In this document: one piece after another, positions 1 to 8,583 of the stretch
Layout of the letters: every line of letters begins with the position of its first letter
Position numbering within the stretch: the stretch's first letter is position 1
Source: an uncultured Muribaculum sp.
GTDB lineage: Bacteria; Bacteroidota; Bacteroidia; Bacteroidales; Muribaculaceae
Direction: 5' to 3'
Assembly (NCBI GenBank): GCA_964637445.1
Contig: CAZWWS010000001.1
Span: 29,004 to 93,003, forward strand
DNA: 64,000 bases
Position numbers and translations under genes: made by a program
Notes under the pieces: generated by a model
Database searches by the model: none
The model's input: only the letters and a program-made list of their open reading frames with translations
Told to the model about the DNA's origin: nothing

Positions 1-2007
1 TATTGGCGGCATATTCATCGGTGTATCATCGTTCTCACTTGATGGTACGGGAACATCATTATCGTTATTTTCGCAATTGTCATTGCCCGATTTTTTATCT
101 TGACTTTCGCTACAATCATCCTTAGTTGCGAGAATTTCTTCAGTACGCGATGCCCATTTGCGTTTGCCGAAGATATGTTCGACATCTTCGGTATATATTA
201 CCTCACGAGAGAGCAATACATCTGCTAATTTGTTGTGCCCTTCTGCCAATTCCGAAAGCATTTGCTTGGCTCGTTCATACTGCTCGTTTACTATGCGAGA
301 AACCTCTTCATCGATTTGTTTTGCGCGTTCCTCACTGTATGGCTTGGAGAAGCCGTATTCTTGACCGGTTGAATCGTAGTAGCTTAAGTTTGGCAACTTT
401 TCACTCATGCCGTAATATACGACCATTGCGTATGCCAACTTCGTGGCACGTTCTAAGTCGTTGGCTGCTCCGGTAGATATATGTCCGATAAATAATTCTT
501 CAGCTGCACGACCTCCCAATAGCGAGCATATTTCGTCAAGCAATGCTTGCGTAGGAGTGATTTGACGCTCTTCTGGTAGATACCATGCCGCACCAAGCGC
601 TTTGCCACGCGGTACAATTGTCACCTTGATAAGCGGATTTCCGTAGCGTAAATGCCATGATAGGGACGCATGACCGGCTTCATGAATTGCGATAGAGCGT
701 TTTTCTTCATCGGTAGTAATTTTTGAACGCTTCTCCAATCCTCCTATTATTCGGTCGACTGCATTCATGAAATCTTGACGCTGGACACATTCTTTCTCTT
801 GACGTGCGGCTATAAGAGCTGCCTCATTACATACGTTTGCAATGTCTGCACCTGAGAATCCCGGCGTTTGTCGCGCTAAAAGATCCACATCGACAGAGTC
901 ATCGGTCTTTATTTTGCGTAGATGCACGTTGAAGATTGCCACTCGGTCATTTAAGTCGGGGAGTTCTACATATATTTGTCGGTCGAAACGTCCGGCTCTT
1001 AATAACGCTTTATCTAAGATGTCGGCACGGTTGGTCGCAGCGAGGATTATGACTCCGCTATTGGCTCCAAAGCCATCCATTTCGGTGAGTAGTTGGTTTA
1101 GGGTATTTTCGCGCTCGTCGTTTGCTCCCATATTGGGGTTCTTGCCACGTGCACGTCCCACGGCATCAATCTCATCGATAAATACGATACATGGTGATTT
1201 TTCTTTAGCCTGACGGAACAGGTCGCGTACACGCGATGCTCCCACTCCGACGAACATTTCTACGAAGTCTGATCCGGAGAGTGAGAAGAAAGGTACATTA
1301 GCTTCTCCGGCAACGGCTTTGGCAAGTAGTGTCTTGCCGGTTCCCGGAGGGCCTACCAAAAGGGCGCCTTTAGGAATGCGTCCGCCTAATTCGGTATATC
1401 GTTCCGGATTTTTGAGAAACTCTACAATCTCAGCCACTTCTGTTTTTGCTTCCGACAATCCTGCCACATCTTTGAAAGATACTTGCATTGAGCCATCTTT
1501 ATCGAATATTTGGGCTTTTGATTTACCAACATTAAATACGCCACCTGCTCCGCCGTCTCGACCGGACATGCGCTTCATAAAGAAAATCCAGAATCCGATG
1601 AGCAAAAGGATTGGTCCAAAAGTCCAAAGTAGCGACCCAAAATCACTCGCTTTTTCATATTTTACATCGCCTTTGAAAACACCGATTTCTTTCCAATGAT
1701 CGATTTTATCTTGGAGTGTTTCTGCCGGTGGTGTTTTGGTGCGTATTATAGCAGGGGCACCATTGCTATTGGGAAATATTTTGTCGGCAAGAGAGTCTGA
1801 AACGATTGCCGTAGCTTCGTCTTTATTTGAGTAGACCGTAATACTTTTGATGCCGCCTTTCTCAACGTATTCTTCAAATTTAGAATAATCGACTTCTTGC
1901 TCTACATTATTGTTGTCTAAATATACTAATCCGCCAAGAAATACTAACACGATTGCATACATCCAATACATGCTAAATTTGATCGTTTTCTTTTTTTGTG
2001 GTTCCAT
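1..2007 (-). CDS. ftsH: ATP-dependent zinc metalloprotease FtsH (partial; C-terminal end runs off the left edge of the window)
   Basis: My own minus-strand translation from the ATG at 2005-2007 stays open to position 1 (669 codons). It is absent from the ORF track because it has no in-window stop. It shows an N-terminal TM, Walker A GPPGTGKT, Walker B IVFIDEID, the zinc motif HEAGHA and an acidic low-complexity tail. Confidence 0.95.
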   Translation of the reverse strand, partial: MEPQKKKTIKFSMYWMYAIVLVFLGGLVYLDNNNVEQEVDYSKFEEYVEKGGIKSITVYSNKDEATAIVSDSLADKIFPNSNGAPAIIRTKTPPAETLQDKIDHWKEIGVFKGDVKYEKASDFGSLLWTFGPILLLIGFWIFFMKRMSGRDGGAGGVFNVGKSKAQIFDKDGSMQVSFKDVAGLSEAKTEVAEIVEFLKNPERYTELGGRIPKGALLVGPPGTGKTLLAKAVAGEANVPFFSLSGSDFVEMFVGVGASRVRDLFRQAKEKSPCIVFIDEIDAVGRARGKNPNMGANDERENTLNQLLTEMDGFGANSGVIILAATNRADILDKALLRAGRFDRQIYVELPDLNDRVAIFNVHLRKIKTDDSVDVDLLARQTPGFSGADIANVCNEAALIAARQEKECVQRQDFMNAVDRIIGGLEKRSKITTDEEKRSIAIHEAGHASLSWHLRYGNPLIKVTIVPRGKALGAAWYLPEERQITPTQALLDEICSLLGGRAAEELFIGHISTGAANDLERATKLAYAMVVYYGMSEKLPNLSYYDSTGQEYGFSKPYSEERAKQIDEEVSRIVNEQYERAKQMLSELAEGHNKLADVLLSREVIYTEDVEHIFGKRKWASRTEEILATKDDCSESQDKKSGNDNCENNDNDVPVPSSENDDTPMNMPPI

Positions 2008-2028
2008 AAATTCGGTTGTGTGTAGGGT

Positions 2029-2388
2029 TTAATCTAAATCGGGTATCTCTGTTATCGTAGCATCGCTCCACAACTCTTCAAGATTGTAGTATTGACGTAC
2101 CTCAGGCAAAAAAATATGTACAAATGTATCACCATAATCGATTACAACCCATTGCGCATTTTGATATCCATCATAGTTATATGGCTTGATTGATGCGTGC
2201 TCTTGCAAATACTCTCTGACACTATCGGCAATTGAAGACACTTGCATCGATGAAGAACCTTCACATATGACAAAATGTTGTGCTGCGGCAGATTCAATGG
2301 CGGTTAAATCTACGTGGGTGATTTTTTTGCCTTTACGTTCTTGAATACCCTCTGTTATTAGTTGAACTATTTTGTTGTTATTTATCAT
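2029..2388 (-). CDS. rsfS: ribosome silencing factor RsfS (iojap-like)
   Basis: The 119-aa protein carries ...FVICEGSSSMQVSSIADSV...WVVIDYGDTFVHIFLPEVRQYYNLEELW, typical of RsfS. It lies directly upstream of ftsH on the same strand. Confidence 0.9.
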   Translation of the reverse strand: MINNNKIVQLITEGIQERKGKKITHVDLTAIESAAAQHFVICEGSSSMQVSSIADSVREYLQEHASIKPYNYDGYQNAQWVVIDYGDTFVHIFLPEVRQYYNLEELWSDATITEIPDLD

Positions 2389-2410
2389 CTAATTTATTCG
2401 AATATAGTTA

Positions 2411-2418
2411 CAAATATA
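2411..2418 (-). promoter_or_regulatory. Bacteroides-type -7 box (TATATTTG on the minus strand) for rsfS-ftsH
   Basis: caaatata on the + strand is TAnnTTTG on the minus strand, 23 nt upstream of the rsfS ATG. Confidence 0.4.
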
Positions 2419-2516
2419 GATATTTTTATTGCTTAAACCATTGAGTTTTTTAATTGTTTGCTGAATTAATAACAATTTTTTTCACTCAATAGGTAGTGGC
2501 CAATATTTTTTTTGTT

Positions 2517-3770
2517 TTATTCATATCGTATTGCTGTTGCCGGGGAAATCTTGGAAACGAGTCTTGCCGGAAGTAGCAACATTGTGTAAGATGCAATAAT
2601 TATGCCAAAGTTAAGCAATATGATATATAACCAATTAATTTCTATAGGGACATAATCAATATAATAGGCTTCCGGATCAAGAGATACAAGATGCAACTCG
2701 CTTTGTATGAGTACAAAGCCAAGCCCTATTATATTTCCGATAATCAAACCTACGACAACCAACCGCTCTGCCAGATATACGAATATACGGCTTATCTGCT
2801 TATCGGTGGCTCCCATAGCTTTCATGATGCCAATGGTATTTACTCGTTCAAGGATAAGTATAAACAAGCACGACACCAATGTGAATCCGGAAACCAGAGC
2901 CATAAGTATTAGAATTACGACGACATTAGTGTCTAATAATGCAAGCCAATTAAAATATATCATTCCTGTGCGATGCACGTTGTCGACAGTATATAGTTTT
3001 GCGAGGCATCCATTATAGCAAGCTTTTGCGAGGGCTTCTTGTAGTTTGTATGTGGCGGAGTCGATGTCGTCTGTATCGGCTATGCGAAGTTCAATTCGAG
3101 TTCCCAAAGTAGACTCTACATTATGCAAACCTTGAATCAACGCAATTGAGCTATAAGCATAAATATTATCGTAATCAGAAAAATGAGTGTCGTAAATGCC
3201 TGCAATCTCAAGTTTTCTCGCTCGAATGTTATTGTCGTGAAAAAAATAGACGTTAATTTTATCGTGAAGCTTTAACCCTAAAGCAGAGGCTGTTGATTGA
3301 GAAATTACAATCTGATTTTTTGTGGATTCATCCTTGTAATTCGGAATTTCGCCAATGGTAAGGTTGTTTCGCAAAAATGACCAATCGAAACTATCGGCCA
3401 CACCGCGTAATACTATCCCTTTGAAATTTTCATCGGTTTTTAGCATTCCGGGTTGGTCGAACGTGATAGTGAGCTGTTCGATCGGTAAAGTGGAGGTAAT
3501 TATGTCATGTAGCGTGTCTGTCAGATTGATTAGAGTTCCATCGTCTCCATCACCATATCCATCTGTGGGATTGACTGTAATATGAGCGTCAAATCCCATT
3601 ACTTTATTGCGTATTTCGTGCTTAAAACCCAACACGATGCATATCGATAGCATCATTATCGTTAAAGCCAATGCAATGCCGATTATGGCGATATATACGC
3701 TTGGAGATGTGCCTTTCCCGTTTTCTCTGTTCAGATTTAGTCGACGGGATATAAACAACTCTAATTTCAT
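2517..3770 (-). CDS. FtsX-like ABC transporter permease (LolC/E family)
   Basis: The 417-aa protein has an N-terminal TM, a large periplasmic loop and three C-terminal TMs (the FtsX fold pattern). Its start overlaps the upstream stop as ATGA. Confidence 0.85.
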   Translation of the reverse strand: MKLELFISRRLNLNRENGKGTSPSVYIAIIGIALALTIMMLSICIVLGFKHEIRNKVMGFDAHITVNPTDGYGDGDDGTLINLTDTLHDIITSTLPIEQLTITFDQPGMLKTDENFKGIVLRGVADSFDWSFLRNNLTIGEIPNYKDESTKNQIVISQSTASALGLKLHDKINVYFFHDNNIRARKLEIAGIYDTHFSDYDNIYAYSSIALIQGLHNVESTLGTRIELRIADTDDIDSATYKLQEALAKACYNGCLAKLYTVDNVHRTGMIYFNWLALLDTNVVVILILMALVSGFTLVSCLFILILERVNTIGIMKAMGATDKQISRIFVYLAERLVVVGLIIGNIIGLGFVLIQSELHLVSLDPEAYYIDYVPIEINWLYIILLNFGIIIASYTMLLLPARLVSKISPATAIRYE

Positions 3771-4966
3771 AGAGCACGCCCGGGATAGGCTTCGAGTGCC
3801 TTTGCCAATACTTTCAAAGCTTTAGACAAATCGTCTTTCTTTAATACATAGGCCATACGTACCTCATTTTTACCAACGCCTGCAGTAGTGTAGAAGCCTG
3901 ATGCGGGAGCCATAAATATGGTTTGTCCTTCATATTCAAATTCTTTGAGACACCATTCGCAGAATTTGTCGGCGTCATCCACCGGAAGTTTTACTACCGT
4001 ATAGAATGCGCCCATTGGAATAGGGGAGTAGCATCCGGGGATTTTATTTAACCCGTCTATCAAATATTTGCGACGCTCTACATATTCGTTATAGGTCATA
4101 AGCATATAGTCCGACGGAGCATCGATAGACGCTTCTGCAACTATTTGTCCTAACAAAGGGGGGCTTAGGCGAGCTTGGCAAAACTTCATTACGTTTTTCT
4201 TAAGCTCTTTGTGCTTAGTGATGATTGCGCCGATACGTATTCCACATTCGCTATATCGCTTTGATACAGAATCGATAAGTACTACTTGCTCTTCGATACC
4301 TTTTAGATGGAATGCTGAGATATAAGGAGCTCCGGTATAGCAAAATTCACGATACACTTCGTCTGAGTACAAGAATAAATCATATTTCTTCACAATGTCG
4401 CGAAGCTGATTCATTTCTTTCTGGGTATACAAATAGCCTGTGGGGTTGTTGGGGTTGCATATCAATATCCCCTTAGTCTTTTCTGTAATAAGTTCCTCAA
4501 ATTTTTCTACAGGGGGGAGAGCAAAACCTTCTTCGATGCTTGATGATACTGTGACAATTTTTGCTCCGGCAGATATGGCAAATGCCATATAATTGGCATA
4601 CGCCGGCTCCGGAACAATAATCTCATCGCCCGGATCAAGAGTAGCCATAAATGCAAACAATACAGCTTCCGAACCTCCGGTGGTGACAATAATGTCATCA
4701 ACATCAACATCGATATTAAATCGCTTATAGTAGACTTGTAGCTTTTGGCGTAAAGAAAGCAGACCATCCGATGGACTATATTCCAATATCTTTCTGTCTA
4801 TATTACGCAGTGCATCAAGAGCTATTTCGGGTGTCGGTATATCCGGTTGTCCAATGTTAAGATGATACACCTTCACTCCGCGAGCTTTTGCTTCGTTTGA
4901 AAGCGGAACTAATTTTCTGATAGGAGAAGCCGGCATTATTTTGCCTCGTTCTGATATATTTGGCAT
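3767..4966 (-). CDS. pyridoxal-phosphate-dependent aminotransferase, class I/II (aspartate/aromatic type)
   Basis: The 399-aa protein has MPASPIRKL..., NIGQPD, ICNPNNPTG and SVSKRYSECGIRIG (the PLP-lysine motif). Confidence 0.85.
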   Translation of the reverse strand: MPNISERGKIMPASPIRKLVPLSNEAKARGVKVYHLNIGQPDIPTPEIALDALRNIDRKILEYSPSDGLLSLRQKLQVYYKRFNIDVDVDDIIVTTGGSEAVLFAFMATLDPGDEIIVPEPAYANYMAFAISAGAKIVTVSSSIEEGFALPPVEKFEELITEKTKGILICNPNNPTGYLYTQKEMNQLRDIVKKYDLFLYSDEVYREFCYTGAPYISAFHLKGIEEQVVLIDSVSKRYSECGIRIGAIITKHKELKKNVMKFCQARLSPPLLGQIVAEASIDAPSDYMLMTYNEYVERRKYLIDGLNKIPGCYSPIPMGAFYTVVKLPVDDADKFCEWCLKEFEYEGQTIFMAPASGFYTTAGVGKNEVRMAYVLKKDDLSKALKVLAKALEAYPGRAL

Positions 4967-4995
4967 ATTATGTTCGTAAATTTGAAATATGTCTG

Positions 4996-5003
4996 CAAAA
5001 TTA
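4996..5003 (-). promoter_or_regulatory. -7 box TAATTTTG (minus strand) for the aminotransferase/permease operon
   Basis: A TAnnTTTG match lies 30 nt upstream of the ATG at 4966. Confidence 0.4.
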
Positions 5004-5078
5004 CTACATTTAACATCAATATAAAAGCACTTGCTCGAAAATTTTGTAAAATATCTCGTAAAAAAGTATGTGTTGCGC

Positions 5079-6443
5079 TTATTTGTTGATGAATGCTTTG
5101 CCTGCCCATTTTAGGCTATGCCATCGGCGAGTGAAGATGTATCCGCGTATATTTTCATCAATGGCAAACATAGCCCACATGCCACAAATACCTAATGCGA
5201 ATGGGATTCCTACGATATAGGCTCCGATTACTGCTACGCTCCACATGACAACGACTCCAACAATAAATGGGAAATTGACATCTCCGGTGGCGCGTAGCGC
5301 ATTGACTGCAAATATATTGATTGCTCTGCCAAACTCTAATGGTATGTCTATTAGTAATATAGTGGTGCCTAAAGTGATGATTTCGGGGTTGTGGGTCAAC
5401 CAATTGAATATCAATGGACCAAAACCGGCGATGATCAGCGATAGGGTAAGGGTGATGGCAATGGCAAGTCTCATTACTATTTTACCCATTAGGTAGGCGC
5501 CTTTGGTATGTTGGCTGCCGACTAAATGTCCGATTAGAATAGCTCCTCCTTGTGAAATCGATATGCAAAACAAGTAACTAAACATGACAATGTTGACACA
5601 ATAAGTGCGTGTAGCTAATGCTTCCATTCCAAGCATATTAATGAAGTAGGTGATGACCATCTGAGAGGAACTATATGAAATTTGTTCTCCGGCAGAAGGT
5701 AGCCCTATGTGGAGAAGATTGCGTAGTTCTTTATACGGAAAATGGTGAAATATGGATATTGGAAATTTGTGAATGGTTGTCTTGAATAAGAAAAATAATA
5801 GGAGTAGCATTGCTATGCCTCTACTGACAACAGTTGATATGGCGGCTCCTTCAGTTCCTAATGCCGGCATTCCAAATTCACCAAATATAAGGGCATAGTT
5901 ACCAAAAATATTGATTACATTGACAATCGCAGATACTATCATTGGGTATATTGCATGGTCGGCGGCTCGGAGAGTTGCGGATATAGTAAGTGAAATAGCT
6001 TGGCAAAATGCAAATGCGCCGACTATGCGCATATATATGGAGCCCTCTTTCATCATTTCGCCGTCTAATCCCATTGCCGAAAGGATTATATCATTCCTCA
6101 AATATAAAAATACGCTAATGCTCACTCCTATTATGAGGTTAAATAATAGTGCGATACCAACGACTATTCTCATACGATCGTATCGCTTGGCTCCAAGATA
6201 TTGGCTGCAGAGAACAGAGGTCCCGAGGTTTATAACCTCAAACACGAGGAAGCATAGCATTATGATTTGATTGACAACACCAACAGCTGCCACACTTGCA
6301 TCGCTATGTCGACTAAGCATGATGGTATCAACGGCTCCGAGCATCATGATGAGCAGGGTTTCGATGAAAATTGGAATAGCGAGATGTGCTAATCTTTTAA
6401 GCAATGTAGATGATGGTTGTTGAGTTGCCGTTTGGGGTGTCAT
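5079..6443 (-). CDS. MATE family efflux transporter
   Basis: The 454-aa protein has about 12 predicted TM segments and a MATE-like N-terminus (LAIPIFIETLLIMMLGAVDTIMLS). Confidence 0.9.
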   Translation of the reverse strand: MTPQTATQQPSSTLLKRLAHLAIPIFIETLLIMMLGAVDTIMLSRHSDASVAAVGVVNQIIMLCFLVFEVINLGTSVLCSQYLGAKRYDRMRIVVGIALLFNLIIGVSISVFLYLRNDIILSAMGLDGEMMKEGSIYMRIVGAFAFCQAISLTISATLRAADHAIYPMIVSAIVNVINIFGNYALIFGEFGMPALGTEGAAISTVVSRGIAMLLLLFFLFKTTIHKFPISIFHHFPYKELRNLLHIGLPSAGEQISYSSSQMVITYFINMLGMEALATRTYCVNIVMFSYLFCISISQGGAILIGHLVGSQHTKGAYLMGKIVMRLAIAITLTLSLIIAGFGPLIFNWLTHNPEIITLGTTILLIDIPLEFGRAINIFAVNALRATGDVNFPFIVGVVVMWSVAVIGAYIVGIPFALGICGMWAMFAIDENIRGYIFTRRWHSLKWAGKAFINK

Positions 6444-6480
6444 ATTACTGAATTTGATGCAGACTCGGATAATAATCGTG

Positions 6481-6488
6481 CAAAGGTA
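6481..6488 (-). promoter_or_regulatory. -7 box TACCTTTG (minus strand) for the MATE gene
   Basis: A TAnnTTTG match lies 38 nt upstream of the ATG at 6443. Confidence 0.4.
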
Positions 6489-6519
6489 GCTAATTTTTGT
6501 TGAGGAGGGAAATTTTGTT

Positions 6520-6527
6520 TACCTTTG
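6520..6527 (+). promoter_or_regulatory. -7 box TACCTTTG for the regulator gene
   Basis: A TAnnTTTG match lies 23 nt upstream of the ATG at 6550. Confidence 0.4.
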
Positions 6528-6549
6528 TGGTAACTAATTAGTAAGATTA

Positions 6550-8130
6550 ATGACACGTCCCATTTTATTATTGCTATTCCTAACGTATGGTGTTATAGCT
6601 ACTTACGGCATAACTATAAAGGAGCGAGATGTTAAAGAAGCCTTGGAACGCTTGGATAAGGAATTATCTCGCCGTCAGATGTATATAGATGAACGCCAAA
6701 GTCATATTGATTCGGTAAAAAAAATGTTTTTTAAGGCAAAGACCGGAGGAGATGAATGGTATCGATTGGCTATGGATTTAGGCGATAGTTATACCTCGTT
6801 TAATACGGACTCTGCGTTAATATATTATTACCAAGGCTATGAGGTGGCAAAGGTGGCAGGTGATTCGATGGAAATGAAGCGTTTTTGCCTGCAACATTCG
6901 GTGCTGTTGCCTCTGACCGGATTGGTTAATTATGCATTGGAGGAATATAATGAAGTAACTATGGGAGGAGTGCCTGATGAATTAAAAGAATTATATTATG
7001 ATTCGGGTCGTCAGATGTACTCGTATATATCATCATTTTATGTAAATACTCCGGATGTAAGCGCTTATTGGAAAAAAGAAGAACGAAAAGCTCAAGCGGA
7101 ATTAATAGTATTTCTTGATCCCGAAACCCCTAAATATAAACTAAATCAAGGAGAATATTATTATACAAATAAAGAATATTCCAAGGCGGAGGCTATTCTT
7201 GAAGAGTTGCTTGAGAGAATTCCAGAGAGTAGTAATATATATGCTCGTGCTTGCCATATGTTGTCGGATATAGCGAAAGTCCGAAAAAAAGATAATGAGT
7301 ATTTGTATTATTTGACGTTGTCAGCTATGGCTGACGTGAAATCGGCAACTCTTGAAGTGATGTCTCTTCAAGAGCTTGGTCGACAGATGTTTGAACAAGG
7401 TGAAACCGAACGAGCACATAAATACTTATCTATAGCATTGGATAATGCGGTGAAATGTCATGCTATGGCTCGAATGGTACAATCTTCAGAAGCTCTTCCG
7501 ATTATTGAAGGCGCCCACGCTCTCGATTTGAAAAGAAGAGACCGAACGATGCTTGTGTTTATTGGATTAATGGTGCTTCTGATTGTGCTTCTGATTGTGA
7601 TGCTTGTGTATTTGCGAAAAGAAATGCAACACATGAAAACCCTGCAGGGGCGCTTGGAGGGAGCTAATCACGTAAAGGAAGTGTATATTACACAATTTTT
7701 GAGTCTTTGTTCGATATATATGGATAAACTAAACCAATTTTGTAAGATTGCCAATCGAAAAATCAGTGCCGGCAAGGTTGAGGATTTGTATAAAATGACA
7801 AAGAGTGGTAAGTTTATCGAAGAGCAAAGTGCCGAGTTCTACAATGTATTCGACAATGCATTTCTTCATATCTATCCAACATTTGTCAAGGAAGTGAACG
7901 ATTTGTTACGCCCGGATGAACAAATAGAACTTCAACCGGACGAATTATTGAATACAGATTTACGCATTTTGGCATTTATGCGATTGGGCATTGAAGAAAG
8001 TCCGAGGATTGCACAATTGCTAAATTATTCGGTCTATACTATATATGCATACCGAAATAAATTAAGAAATAGAGCAATTGATCGCGAAAATTTTGAAAAA
8101 GATGTAATGAGGATAAGCTCTATATCTTAG
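6550..8130 (+). CDS. membrane-anchored TPR / helix-turn-helix regulator (DUF6377-like), paralog 1
   Basis: The 526-aa protein has a signal/anchor, a ~310-aa TPR-like region, one central TM (MLVFIGLMVLLIVLLIVMLVYL), a coiled coil and a C-terminal LuxR/HTH-like segment NTDLRILAFMRLGIEESPRIAQLLNYSVYTIYAYRNKLRNR. Its architecture is the same as 33656-35302. Confidence 0.7.
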   Translation: MTRPILLLLFLTYGVIATYGITIKERDVKEALERLDKELSRRQMYIDERQSHIDSVKKMFFKAKTGGDEWYRLAMDLGDSYTSFNTDSALIYYYQGYEVAKVAGDSMEMKRFCLQHSVLLPLTGLVNYALEEYNEVTMGGVPDELKELYYDSGRQMYSYISSFYVNTPDVSAYWKKEERKAQAELIVFLDPETPKYKLNQGEYYYTNKEYSKAEAILEELLERIPESSNIYARACHMLSDIAKVRKKDNEYLYYLTLSAMADVKSATLEVMSLQELGRQMFEQGETERAHKYLSIALDNAVKCHAMARMVQSSEALPIIEGAHALDLKRRDRTMLVFIGLMVLLIVLLIVMLVYLRKEMQHMKTLQGRLEGANHVKEVYITQFLSLCSIYMDKLNQFCKIANRKISAGKVEDLYKMTKSGKFIEEQSAEFYNVFDNAFLHIYPTFVKEVNDLLRPDEQIELQPDELLNTDLRILAFMRLGIEESPRIAQLLNYSVYTIYAYRNKLRNRAIDRENFEKDVMRISSIS

Positions 8131-8259
8131 AAATTGATTTATATTTCGGTGATAATGCTGAAGATGTAATTTATTGCGAATCAGATGAGTATGAATGTTA
8201 AAAATCTAATTTTATTTATATTGAGATTGTAGTTGCTTAGATTTGCTTGTATTGCGTTG

Positions 8260-8267
8260 TAACTTTG
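8260..8267 (+). promoter_or_regulatory. orphan -7 box TAACTTTG inside the long leader
   Basis: This is an exact TAnnTTTG match. Mini-ORFs follow at 8282-8296 (MKDK) and 8293-8334 (MKKMIRLVFLGLV), then hairpins at 8397-8454. Confidence 0.3.
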
Positions 8268-8420
8268 CATCGTCATCAGAAATGAAAGACAAATGAAAAA
8301 AATGATTCGCTTAGTATTTTTAGGGTTAGTATAGATTGTTAGAATTAAGTAATGCATTAATTGCATGATTAGTAAATGTGTTTTATGTTAGGTTAAGCCT
8401 TCTTTGAAGGCAACAATATC

Positions 8421-8454
8421 AAGCCACTTCGTGAGAAGCGGCTTTGTTGTTTTT
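8421..8454 (+). terminator. intrinsic terminator-like hairpin + T tract in the leader
   Basis: The hairpin is AAGCCACTTC-gtga-GAAGCGGCTT (one mismatch) followed by TGTTGTTTTT. A perfect GCCTTC-ttt-GAAGGC hairpin precedes it at 8397-8411. Confidence 0.5.
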
Positions 8455-8521
8455 ATAAAGAATGCTATATGCGTGACACTAATTGATTTTAGTGATATTT
8501 ACTGGTTCTATAAGGGTAAAA

Positions 8522-8539
8522 ATACCTAATTTTAGGTAT
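8522..8539. promoter_or_regulatory. perfect 8-2-8 palindrome, candidate operator of the TBDR operon
   Basis: The palindrome ATACCTAA-tt-TTAGGTAT is centred ~35 nt upstream of the -7 box at 8562-8569. Confidence 0.35.
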
Positions 8540-8561
8540 ATGAAATTATGGGAAGCTGATG

Positions 8562-8569
8562 TAATTTTG
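8562..8569 (+). promoter_or_regulatory. -7 box TAATTTTG for the TBDR operon
   Basis: A TAnnTTTG match lies 15 nt upstream of the GTG at 8584. Confidence 0.45.
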
Positions 8570-8583
8570 CAAAATCAAAGATT

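Noticed and set aside
126-1699. Plus-strand ORFs 126-476, 158-364, 842-1213 and 1319-1699.
   Set aside because: They lie antisense to a continuous, motif-rich ftsH frame on the minus strand. Their translations are low-complexity and Arg/Ser/Cys-rich with no recognisable motifs, so they are shadow ORFs.
8181-8366. A 61-aa minus-strand ORF in the regulator/TBDR intergenic region.
   Set aside because: It is an AT-rich intergenic sequence with an Ile/Asn/Leu-rich translation. It has no promoter box or partner gene, and it overlaps the + strand promoter and mini-ORF signals.
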